Source of the DNA: an uncultured Chitinophaga sp.
GTDB taxonomy: Bacteria > Bacteroidota > Bacteroidia > 2-12-FULL-35-15
Length of the DNA: 49,681 bases
Assembly (NCBI GenBank): GCA_964456225.1
Contig: CAYWAV010000006.1
Location: forward strand, 5,030-54,710
Direction of reading: 5' to 3'
Numbering within the stretch: the first letter of the stretch is position 1; every line of letters starts with the position of its first letter. Under the pieces are notes generated by a model. It did no database searches and was not told the origin of the DNA. It saw only the letters and a list, made by a program, of their open reading frames with translations. Shown in pieces: positions 1 through 8,547 of the stretch. The position numbers were made by a program, and so were the translations under genes.

Positions 1-2205
1 TTCCGAATTAAAGATTTCTTTTAAACCCCATTCTAAATTCCCGCCAGGAATAGCATTGTAACCGAATGCTGCAGAACCACCAGGAGTATTATCTGCATAT
101 ACATGCGGTTGATTTCCAGTTGGGGCATAAAAGTCTTCGAAAGGAGTTAAAGCATTGGGGAAAGTCGTAATTGTACTTATATTGAAAAACAAATCGGATG
201 TATTTATATCTAAAGAGCTTATACTTGGAATAAAAGACTGATTTTCATGAAGTGCTTCAGGAAGACTTGCGTCTCTCAGATAAAGACCAGATCCCGCAAG
301 CGCTTTCCTTAATTCAACTTCAATATCTTTAAATAATGGTCTGTAGCCTCCAGGGCAATTGTCATAGGGTAACCCTGTTGGTGGTCCATAGACAGTTGAA
401 CTTGAAAATCCCACTCCCGTAACTGCACAAGCGCCACACGCTGCTGCACCTGTTGCAATAGACCCACCTCCAATTGTAATGGCTGTGCTGATTGCTAAAC
501 AAGCTCCAAATGCGGTGGTATTTGCTGGAAAGTTTCCTGTCATAATCTTATTGCTGTTATTTACAGACCAAACATCTCCTGTAATAATATTTATCAGGCC
601 ACACCCTATTGGATTCCATTTCCACTCAAAAACTTTATCTCCTGCATTGAAACCCTGCGATAATTGAGCTCTGCTTCCATTTGCTATAGCGACAATTCTA
701 GATTTTTTCGGATAACCTAAAGCTCCTATTTCAGAATAGAACTGCGAGTGAATAGTAGCAGCATCATTCGGGCTATTGGTCCCTGAATAACTGGGGTTAC
801 TATAATGATAATTAACTAATTGTTTAGCTGCAGGTCGATTAATTTGTTTATCCAAAAGATCATTAAACTTTGCATTTAAGGGTGAAGGAAAACTATTGCC
901 AAAAAAGTCCAAAAGATATTGCACGCCCAACGAAATATTTGCGCCTTTTTGAGGCGAGTCAAAAGACAAATATTCTCTGGTACAAGTTGGAATGTTATTT
1001 TTTTCCATATAGCTTAATGCATATTTTGCTACCTGACCTCCCATGCTAGCACCAATAACAACAGTTTGTTGTAACTCAGTGCCTGGATGTGGTGATGATT
1101 TAATAGTTTCTAGTAATTCTACAAGGACTAGTGAATTTCTTTGAATGTAATCTGCACCATCATAAAAATCTAATAAAATAATATCATACCCTTTTGCATG
1201 AAGCTCATTTAAAATCGAAGGCATATTTGTTAAATCTCCATAATCGTCAGGTTGAGAACCCCAAAATGCACACCAACCAAAGTCACCATTTCTTTGTGGA
1301 TAATGTGCTTCCCCAAAATCAACTCCTTCTACAAATACAAGTGGTTTTCTTAAATAAGGAATAGAAGGATTGTGAAATAGAACATAAGCATTAGCCTTTC
1401 CTAATTGCCCATCATACGGAATGGTTGCTGTTATATTCCAAATTGCACCTGGTGCTGGAAAACTGGGGCCACTGCAAAGTGATGCTGCAATAGAGGAAGA
1501 GGATTTTAGGATTGAACTTGAATATGTAATTTTAGTAATAATATTTTTTTCTAAAGTGTTCGGATATGTTACTGTTATTGTATTGCCAAACGATACTGTT
1601 CGGTATCCGTTTCCATCTCCAAAATCAACTTCAATAGTTACTGGCAAATCTGTATTGTTACTGAAATAATATTCTGAACCAATATAAAAAGTAACAATAG
1701 TTTGTTCCATATTTTTTAAATAAGGAGTTGCAGCAAATACTTTTTCAATAGAATAAGGGCATTCGGTTCTAGGTAACGAATCATACATAATTTTTTCATG
1801 CTTAACAATCAAACCGCTATCAAGGGCTAAGGCCTTTATTATATTGTAATCAAAGTTCAATATTAAAAGAGGAACAGTGTTATTGTTTGCAACCATGTAA
1901 TCAATCGCTCTTTTGTCAATACTAGTATATGTTTCAGTAGTGCTTCGTACATATGAACCATTATAAAGCTCTAAATATAATTGTTTCCACTTTTCTATAT
2001 TTATAATTGAAGTATCAGATGTCCCGCTAAAATCATTAAAATTGCAAAAGTGTACGGCTTTATCATGCAATATTTTTGTACTCATAAATGAAGTATCTAA
2101 ATTCATATAAGCACTATCTATTTGACTTTGAGGGTTATTCTGCGCGTTCATAGAGAAGTATAGAAAAAGCAAAATTAATAGCGGAATTATTTTTTTAAAA
2201 ATCAT
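1..2205 (-). CDS. Secreted alpha/beta hydrolase (PGAP1/esterase-like, probably a T9SS substrate); 3' end beyond left edge
   Basis: Absent from the ORF track, consistent with no stop inside the window. Read manually from ATG 2205 in segments, not every codon: signal peptide MIFKKIIPLLILLFLYFSMNAQ, KPLVFVEGVDF, nucleophile elbow VVIGASMGG (1036-1053), SFDSPQKGANI, YDNCPGG, FIPSISSL, NQPHV. Confidence 0.85.
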   Translation of the reverse strand, partial: MIFKKIIPLLILLFLYFSMNAQNNPQSQIDSAYMNLDTSFMSTKILHDKAVHFCNFNDFSGTSDTSIINIEKWKQLYLELYNGSYVRSTTETYTSIDKRAIDYMVANNNTVPLLILNFDYNIIKALALDSGLIVKHEKIMYDSLPRTECPYSIEKVFAATPYLKNMEQTIVTFYIGSEYYFSNNTDLPVTIEVDFGDGNGYRTVSFGNTITVTYPNTLEKNIITKITYSSSILKSSSSIAASLCSGPSFPAPGAIWNITATIPYDGQLGKANAYVLFHNPSIPYLRKPLVFVEGVDFGEAHYPQRNGDFGWCAFWGSQPDDYGDLTNMPSILNELHAKGYDIILLDFYDGADYIQRNSLVLVELLETIKSSPHPGTELQQTVVIGASMGGQVAKYALSYMEKNNIPTCTREYLSFDSPQKGANISLGVQYLLDFFGNSFPSPLNAKFNDLLDKQINRPAAKQLVNYHYSNPSYSGTNSPNDAATIHSQFYSEIGALGYPKKSRIVAIANGSRAQLSQGFNAGDKVFEWKWNPIGCGLINIITGDVWSVNNSNKIMTGNFPANTTAFGACLAISTAITIGGGSIATGAAACGACAVTGVGFSSSTVYGPPTGLPYDNCPGGYRPLFKDIEVELRKALAGSGLYLRDASLPEALHENQSFIPSISSLDINTSDLFFNISTITTFPNALTPFEDFYAPTGNQPHVYADNTPGGSAAFGYNAIPGGNLEWGLKEIFNSE

Positions 2206-2220
2206 ACGAGTAAGGGTTAA

Positions 2221-2850
2221 TTAATAGTTTATATTGAAAGAGGTTGTATCAAAGCGTGGGCAATGGACATACCCAGAATAGTTTGTTTGCGTAGTATTTT
2301 TTATTACTCCCCAATTAATATTAACATCGCTATTACCAAATACTTCAAAAAAACATATTGAATCAATCGACATCCCATAGTATTGCTGCGGGACCCCATG
2401 CATATTTCCGCTTATTCCAATTTGATCACTTCCATCAAAAGGCGTTGTGTTTTTTAAATGTAATTTTAACCAAGCAACAGGTTTTAATGTAACTTCAATA
2501 TTATTTTTTGTTCTGCTATCCACAGATACGTCATCACCTGTTGCGATGTTGCTGAAGTAATTCGTTGCAGAACCTACTACAGTATATGCATAACCTTCTC
2601 TATCTTCGAATGAAAAACTAAAGTGTCCCGAAGCATCTGCATTATAAGTAGCAATTGTATACGGAAGACAGCTAAAACAAGTCAGATCGGATTTTCTTTC
2701 TTGCAAGTAAACTGTCGCATTGTTGATCCCTGATAAAGATCTCGTTTCATCAACCACTACTCCGGTAACTTTAGTTAGTTTGTCTTTTTTACAAGAAGCA
2801 AACGAAAAAGAGGCCAATAATAAAACGATATAATAAGATTTGATTAACAT
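2221..2850 (-). CDS. Lipoprotein with carboxypeptidase-regulatory-like beta-sandwich
   Basis: Lipobox FASC followed by KKDK; VTGVVVDE...GINNATVYL...ADASGHFSF. ATG 2850 preferred to TTG 2874. Confidence 0.75.
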   Translation of the reverse strand: MLIKSYYIVLLLASFSFASCKKDKLTKVTGVVVDETRSLSGINNATVYLQERKSDLTCFSCLPYTIATYNADASGHFSFSFEDREGYAYTVVGSATNYFSNIATGDDVSVDSRTKNNIEVTLKPVAWLKLHLKNTTPFDGSDQIGISGNMHGVPQQYYGMSIDSICFFEVFGNSDVNINWGVIKNTTQTNYSGYVHCPRFDTTSFNINY

Positions 2851-2972
2851 CCCTTTTAGCTTTTGTTTTGCCAATAAGTAAATTTAGAATAAAAATCGTT
2901 ATAAACAAATATTGCATACTTAAAAGGAATCTGCTTTTTATGTATGTTTGATAATAATTATATCTTTTTTGA

Positions 2973-3662
2973 ATGAAAAAATCAAATCAACTTATTTTCC
3001 TTTTGTTATTACTTTATTTTACTATTTGCCCGAATGATTGTCATTCACGTATCTTTTTAGAAAAAGATCATTCTTTTTCAATGAACACTATAAATGATAG
3101 CGTTGAGACCAGAATTAAAGGAAAATTAATTATTACAGCAGGTGTGGGTTTAAATTTATGGGGTCGGGCTTTGCAAAAAACATATTTAAAAAGTTCCAAT
3201 TATAGCTTTATCGGAAACATCGAGAGTCATAGAGCTTCAGCGATGTATAATACAATAGTGGATTATGGAATAAGTAAGAAAATTTCTATTGGAGCAGCTT
3301 TCGGTTATCAAAAGGCAATAATAAATTTGATGCATCTTGATAACACGGAAGATAAGTATTTTGATTCTTGGACAAGGCTTCACCTGGCTCTTCGCGGTGA
3401 CTATTTTATCAAATCAAAAGAGAACTTCGATCTCTATTCAGGTATTAGCATTTGTTATAATAAGTATACTGTAACATCCAATGTCCCAGATTCATTATAC
3501 CCGCAGTATTTAGACAATCTAGGCGTGCGACCTTCTTTGATGACTTTCCAAGGGCATGCGGGTTTTCACTATTATATCAAAAAGATTGGATTTAATGCAG
3601 AAGTAGGATTTGGATATGGCGCACCAGCCATTGGCGCTTTTGGATTAACTCTCATATTTTAA
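2973..3662 (+). CDS. Small outer-membrane beta-barrel protein
   Basis: Signal peptide, alternating amphipathic strands (DYGISKKISIGAAFGY, FNAEVGFG), C-terminal F; TATGTTTG promoter box at 2943-2950. Confidence 0.8.
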   Translation: MKKSNQLIFLLLLLYFTICPNDCHSRIFLEKDHSFSMNTINDSVETRIKGKLIITAGVGLNLWGRALQKTYLKSSNYSFIGNIESHRASAMYNTIVDYGISKKISIGAAFGYQKAIINLMHLDNTEDKYFDSWTRLHLALRGDYFIKSKENFDLYSGISICYNKYTVTSNVPDSLYPQYLDNLGVRPSLMTFQGHAGFHYYIKKIGFNAEVGFGYGAPAIGAFGLTLIF

Positions 3663-3813
3663 CATTGATGCTAATGCAGCGAAATTGTGTTATCCCTTTT
3701 GAATTATGACAGGACACTTGAGAAAATTAAAAGGCCTACTAAAATAATTTCACTTTTGTTTCAGTCGAATTTTCGGATTGCCTGAAATTTTTGATATTAA
3801 AGGTATATAAAGA

Positions 3814-3840
3814 ACAGGTTCGAATCCGCACGGGACATCT
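3814..3840 (+). other. Degenerate tRNA 3'-end-like fragment followed by a terminator-like hairpin
   Basis: ACAGGTTCGAATCCGCACGGGACAT has the T-loop GGTTCGAATCC but no D or anticodon arm; imperfect hairpin and T-run at 3841-3881. Confidence 0.4.
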
Positions 3841-4098
3841 AAAAAGTTCCTTCTTGCTGAAAGCATGGCGGGAATTTTTTTGCTTTCAAACAGAAAAGCA
3901 CTACAAAATTTAATTTTGTACGTTTGGTTTAGAAAATTAAAGAGTGTGTTTATTATCCAAAATTGCAAATGAATAATTTAAACAATCTGTATTCTCAGTT
4001 TGTGTAAACAATCGTCCCTTTATTTAAATAGTGAATTACAGGGGAGGATGAATCGTAAAATCAAGGCTTTTTGACCGCCTTACTTATTTAGGGGAGGA

Positions 4099-4579
4099 TT
4101 GTTTGGTGATATGAGAATAATGCCGTTTAGAAATAAAATAAAAATGAGGCAGTCAAAACTATTAGCACATATTGAAAGGGAAGTTGTAAAAAAAAAACTT
4201 CGACTTTTCAGAGTAGCGGATCTTGATTGTTTAAAGAAGAGCAAAAGTTTTCTTTCTAAACATTGCAAAGGTAATCCTGAAGGACACACGGTGTACTTTG
4301 TTAAAATCAAAGTAGGATTATATAAACTCGATGGTAATGGAAAAAATCATCTTAGGGGCTGATGCTGATGGTAAGTTTAGCACTGCCACAATGTTAGATA
4401 CAAAGTTTGGTGTTACGACAGACCAATATAAGACGGACTTAGCTCAATTTATCGTTGACGGGTCTATGCCTAAGAATACCAATGAAGCTTACGGTAAATT
4501 CGTAAAAGACGTTGGCACAGAACTTTTAAAGAGCAATAATTTAAATACAAAAACCGAGAGAGAAAGTAGCCCCGATTAA
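4099..4579 (+). pseudogene. Probable frameshifted gene remnant
   Basis: ORFs 4099-4362 and 4331-4579 join into ...GLYKLDGNGK-IILGADADGKF... if one A is removed from the A6 run at 4341-4346. Confidence 0.4.
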
Positions 4580-4676
4580 ATATTATGGAGAAAATAATTA
4601 TATATACACTTAGCTGTAAATATTTACTTTTTGACCAAAAAGATAGCCTATTCCAAAAGTAGTATTAAAACTATAA

Positions 4677-4720
4677 CTGAAGTTACTACTTTCGTTTGGA
4701 CGAAAAAGTAGTAACTTCAG
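4677..4720. terminator. 16-bp stem hairpin downstream of the collagen-like lipoprotein gene
   Basis: CTGAAGTTACTACTTT...AAAGTAGTAACTTCAG. Confidence 0.6.
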
Positions 4721-4725
4721 GTTTA

Positions 4726-5232
4726 CTATTTCAAATCGAATGCAGCTTTTACAGCAGCATAATTTTTCAAGTCTAAATCAGGGTGTAGGATCATTCCGCT
4801 TCGTGGAATACAAACTAGTTTGTATTGGGTAGAGGTTGATGGTGAAGGATTTACTCCATCAGACCATTGTTTAAACACAACCATTGTATTTACTTGATAT
4901 TCAAAGAAAGTACTTAATGTAGGATTGGACGGGTCTGAAATACCTATTGTGTAAGGACACGAAACCCAATCCCCTGCACCTCCTTCATACAACATTACTG
5001 CTCCATTATTGACAACATCAGAGGTAAGAATTGTAGCACCCGACCAAGTTGCTGTACTCCATTTGTAAGTTCCGTCAAAAACCCATGAAGAAGCATTTAG
5101 AATCATAGAAGTAACATTGGCGTTCCCATTCGTGCCATCTTTCCCTGGCTCACCAGTATCGCCTTTCTTACAGCTTGTAATTGTGATTGTAAGTAGCATT
5201 GTAGCTACTAGTAATAATTTTTTTGTTTTCAT
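4726..5232 (-). CDS. Lipoprotein with short collagen-like Gly-X-Y stretch
   Basis: Lipobox ITSC, GDTGEPGKDGTNGNANV, C-terminal DLKNYAAVKAAFDL; TATGTTTG box at 5262-5269 (-). Confidence 0.85.
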   Translation of the reverse strand: MKTKKLLLVATMLLTITITSCKKGDTGEPGKDGTNGNANVTSMILNASSWVFDGTYKWSTATWSGATILTSDVVNNGAVMLYEGGAGDWVSCPYTIGISDPSNPTLSTFFEYQVNTMVVFKQWSDGVNPSPSTSTQYKLVCIPRSGMILHPDLDLKNYAAVKAAFDLK

Positions 5233-5335
5233 TTTTTTTAAGGTTTTAGTTAGTTATAAAGCAAACATATAACAAATTCTGAAATAAGGCAAATTTGCTC
5301 TTATAAATCATGTTTTATTGTGTGAACATTGATAT

Positions 5336-5560
5336 ATGAAATACAAGAGAAATGATAAAGGAATAAAGGATTTCGGCACGAATTTGAAGAAAATAAGACG
5401 TGCAAAGAATGTCACCCAAGAACAACTGGCTTTTGATACTGGATTAGAGTTAAGTCAAATCGGAAGAATTGAAAGAGGGGTTATTAACACAAGCATCAGC
5501 AATGTATTTGAGATTGCCAACGCCTTGGATATTGATCCAGTTGAATTGTGGAAGTTTTAA
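5336..5560 (+). CDS. XRE-family HTH transcriptional regulator
   Basis: FGTNLKKIRRAKNVTQEQLA...IGRIERG...IANALDI. Confidence 0.92.
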   Translation: MKYKRNDKGIKDFGTNLKKIRRAKNVTQEQLAFDTGLELSQIGRIERGVINTSISNVFEIANALDIDPVELWKF

Positions 5561-5700
5561 AAAAATCCAAAAAAAATGCAACATATATCCAACCTATCCC
5601 TAAGATTATTTTTACTTATATACTTATTTAATTTCATCTCACCCCTCTTGTTAATTCATTCTGTACCTTTGGTTATCTTTAAACTTAAACCCTATTTATT

Positions 5701-5946
5701 ATGACTCTATGGCTACCAATCCCTGCATCAGATTACATTAAGGTTAAAACATTCAACAAATTAGGTAAAGAACTTTGCCATAAAGACTTTGAGGACAATC
5801 CTCGTCTTTCAGAAAAATACCCTTCAAAAGAAGAAGTGCAAAGAACCTATGTTTCTGTTTTAAATCAAGTTAATAAAACAGGGAAACATCATTTAATAAC
5901 CGTTACAGAACAGGGTATCAATATTACTGTTCAAGATAATGCTTAG
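5701..5946 (+). CDS. Hypothetical protein
   Basis: ATG ORF with TACCTTTG promoter box at 5664-5671. Confidence 0.55.
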   Translation: MTLWLPIPASDYIKVKTFNKLGKELCHKDFEDNPRLSEKYPSKEEVQRTYVSVLNQVNKTGKHHLITVTEQGINITVQDNA

Positions 5947-6139
5947 ACCTATCATAAGTCGAAGTCCTGCTTTGGACTAAGGCGAAATCACAGTGCATAT
6001 TTACACTAATCTGAAATAATTCAGCGACTTGTGTTCCCTCATATCCTAATTCGTGTTCACATCTCATTTTGAGGAAGAACTCTTTAACTTCTTTAGGAAG
6101 TTCTTTTTGGGTTGTGTGTGATACTACTTTAATATCCAT
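5924..6139 (-). CDS. Hypothetical protein
   Basis: ATG ORF co-oriented with the element operon; 23-bp convergent overlap with the previous ORF. Confidence 0.45.
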   Translation of the reverse strand: MDIKVVSHTTQKELPKEVKEFFLKMRCEHELGYEGTQVAELFQISVNMHCDFALVQSRTSTYDRSKHYLEQ

Positions 6140-6286
6140 AAGTTATTTTTTTTTGACCTGTTTAGTTAATTCCGCTTTCCAATACGATTGGTCTTTTTCG
6201 TGTTGCAACGCGTTTTAATGTATGAAACTTGTTCTTCAAATATCCCTATTTTCCGCACCTATGGGGATAGGTGCGATATAATTAGG

Positions 6287-6853
6287 TTAATCTAAATAAC
6301 TCTCAATCGGCTGAAAACTCCCATTAGCATCGTTTGCAGCCTTTTTAACTTTTGCTTGACGTAGAATATACCCACTCTTTCTTCTTGCCTTATGGTCTTT
6401 GCTTCCTTTAGGTCTTCCTAATGACTTTCCTTGTGATTTAGCACGTTTTAAACCCTCGATGGTGCGTTCTCTAATTAATTCTCTTTCAAACTCTGCAAAC
6501 GCGGATAATATCTGAAAATGAAGTTTCCCGGATGCAGTGGTAAAATCTAGGTTGTCAGAAACGGAAATAAATCCAATCCCCTTTTTTACTAATTCCGAAA
6601 CGTCAATTATGAGTTCGCTACTACTTCTTGCCCAACGGTCGAGCTTAAAAACGATAACAGATGAGTATTCTTGTTTACGCAGCCGTTGAAGTAAATCCGC
6701 TTTTACAGGACGTGTTTTACGGCTTGATTCCGTTTCTTCAAAAACATCAAATAACAGCTGGTTGTCTTCCGCGTACTTAACCAATCTAATCTTTTGATTT
6801 TCGTTGGTCTGCTCGCTCGTACTTACCCGGCAGTATAGTGCTACTTTGTTCAT
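6287..6853 (-). CDS. Serine recombinase (resolvase/invertase family)
   Basis: YCRVST (catalytic Ser), VFKLDRWAR, FAEFERELIRERT, GRPKG. Confidence 0.95.
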   Translation of the reverse strand: MNKVALYCRVSTSEQTNENQKIRLVKYAEDNQLLFDVFEETESSRKTRPVKADLLQRLRKQEYSSVIVFKLDRWARSSSELIIDVSELVKKGIGFISVSDNLDFTTASGKLHFQILSAFAEFERELIRERTIEGLKRAKSQGKSLGRPKGSKDHKARRKSGYILRQAKVKKAANDANGSFQPIESYLD

Positions 6854-7272
6854 TTTTTAGGTTTTTTAATAAAAGCATGTTCAAAAGACAAAAGCTCCTG
6901 ACGTTCAATTTCCTCGAACATTAATACCTGTTCTTTGGCTAATTCCAAAGGTGTTTTTGGAGCTGGAATTGATTTAGCTAATTTCTCGCACGCAATGAGA
7001 TATTGGCGAGCTTGTTTACCCTTAGCATTTCCTTCAACCATTGAAAGCCCCCTCGCTACATCGGTAGGGAAGGCATATTCAATTGATGGACGACCTCCTA
7101 TACTTTCTTCCTTGATGGGAAGAAAGTCCCGACCTTCTATTAACCCGTATTTGTTGATTCGCTTTTTAATCCATGTTGAAAAAGCCTTTTTGCTTCCAAG
7201 AAAAGTATGCAAATCTCTTGCACTTACTACTTGATTTCCGTTTTTTTCTGCTACTCTGAATAATTTTTTCAT
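6850..7272 (-). CDS. AntA/AntB-family antirepressor (N-terminal domain only)
   Basis: VSARDLHTFLG...FSTWIKKRI.KYG...GGRPSIEY...GKQARQYLIACEK; ATGA overlap with the resolvase. Confidence 0.88.
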   Translation of the reverse strand: MKKLFRVAEKNGNQVVSARDLHTFLGSKKAFSTWIKKRINKYGLIEGRDFLPIKEESIGGRPSIEYAFPTDVARGLSMVEGNAKGKQARQYLIACEKLAKSIPAPKTPLELAKEQVLMFEEIERQELLSFEHAFIKKPKK

Positions 7273-7314
7273 CTTATGGTTTTTTTGTTTTGGTTTTGTT
7301 TTCAGTTGTAGAAC

Positions 7315-7512
7315 TTATTGCTTAATTGCATCTTTCAGATTCTTATATGCTCTTATCGTTTCAGCGGTGTGATTCATTATGTGTTTGGCAAGAAAAATAA
7401 TCCCAACAGCTATACCGGCAAACAAAACAGTTTTTGCAAGTCGAGAATCAAAAACGTTTCCAACGACATTACTGAGATACTCCTGCTTTTTGTTTTTTTC
7501 TGTTGGGATCAT
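7315..7512 (-). CDS. Small single-TM hypothetical protein
   Basis: Hydrophobic stretch VLFAGIAVGIIFLA; lies in the operon. Confidence 0.6.
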   Translation of the reverse strand: MIPTEKNKKQEYLSNVVGNVFDSRLAKTVLFAGIAVGIIFLAKHIMNHTAETIRAYKNLKDAIKQ

Positions 7513-7720
7513 TAGGTTTAGATTTTATGATTATTATTATAGTAACGACCGCTACAAGAACTACAGAACCGGCTAACAAAATGCTACCTAAATTCTTATT
7601 CTCCCCTTCTAACGAATAATTCTGATTTTTTAGCAAAAAGTTCTGATTTTTTAGCAATACGATCTGATCCAATAAAACTGAGGGAGCAGAAAATGTTTGA
7701 ATGGTTGTTATGTCTATCAT
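7469..7720 (-). CDS. Small coiled-coil plus TM hypothetical protein
   Basis: LLKNQN duplicated (21-bp period at 7620-7657), TM ILLAGSVVLVAVVTIIIII; ATGA-coupled to the upstream gene. Confidence 0.6.
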   Translation of the reverse strand: MIDITTIQTFSAPSVLLDQIVLLKNQNFLLKNQNYSLEGENKNLGSILLAGSVVLVAVVTIIIIIKSKPNDPNRKKQKAGVSQ

Positions 7721-8064
7721 TTTTTTAAGATTTTAATTTGTTCGTTCTCCAATGGAACAATTGTATAACGATAAATCGCTGACCGAGTATATCCTTCATG
7801 TTTTTCATAAGAGGTATGAACATTGAATGAGAACCCCAATCCTAATAAGTACTGTTTATGCAATACCAGCTCTTTGATTCCTGCTCCCGGTAATAACTTT
7901 AGTAATATTCGATGATTCTTTTTAAGTGGCTTATCAATGTTAGATTCATATTGCCGCAATTCGTTTGCGTACTTGTTGTAAAAAAGAATCCTATTTTTTG
8001 CAGAAGCGAATTTTTGATTGACTCGTTTTGGCTCAAACTGCTCTTTGGTTAATGGATCTATCAT
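7717..8064 (-). CDS. Hypothetical protein resembling a Bacteroidota Zn-ribbon family but lacking the cysteines
   Basis: QKFAS..NR..YN, LKKNHRIL, LLGLGFSF. Confidence 0.7.
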   Translation of the reverse strand: MIDPLTKEQFEPKRVNQKFASAKNRILFYNKYANELRQYESNIDKPLKKNHRILLKLLPGAGIKELVLHKQYLLGLGFSFNVHTSYEKHEGYTRSAIYRYTIVPLENEQIKILKK

Positions 8065-8183
8065 TTTAATTATTTTTTTTAAATAAAATTAAGCAACTTA
8101 AATCGCATTGAATACACATTACTATGTCTTAGTGTTGTATTGTGGCGTATTGAAGATGAAATTCAAATACATTGAATACGCTT

Positions 8184-8438
8184 TTACTTGCTAACAATAT
8201 TCTTATTTAATAATTCTGCTATTGAGGAAGCACTATAAAACTTGCGCTTTCCAACCTTTGTAAACTCCAATTGACCGGTGTTTTCGTAGGTGGTCATTGT
8301 TGTATCACCGATGTCGAAGAATTTCATAACCGCTTTTCTAGGTATCCAACCATCAATTGTTTTGGCTGTCATGTCAATTGTAGCTACCTGCGCTTTTATT
8401 AGTTCCAATTCAAAAAGTATTTTTCCGTAGTCGTTCAT
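8184..8438 (-). CDS. Excisionase-like HTH (HTH_17/MerR-like) protein
   Basis: WIPRKAVMKFFDIGDTTMTTYENTGQLEFTKVGKRKFY. Confidence 0.85.
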   Translation of the reverse strand: MNDYGKILFELELIKAQVATIDMTAKTIDGWIPRKAVMKFFDIGDTTMTTYENTGQLEFTKVGKRKFYSASSIAELLNKNIVSK

Positions 8439-8547
8439 TGTTAAGGTATTTAAAATCTATACGTGTTGTTTATATTATAATGTTGTGCGAAATGGCAACT
8501 ACTGTCATGCTCTTTGTGTCATTTTTGGGTTAAATACTTTACGCAGG

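Noticed and set aside
479-1669. Plus-strand ORFs 479-667 and 1421-1669
   Set aside because: Antisense to the hydrolase gene 1-2205
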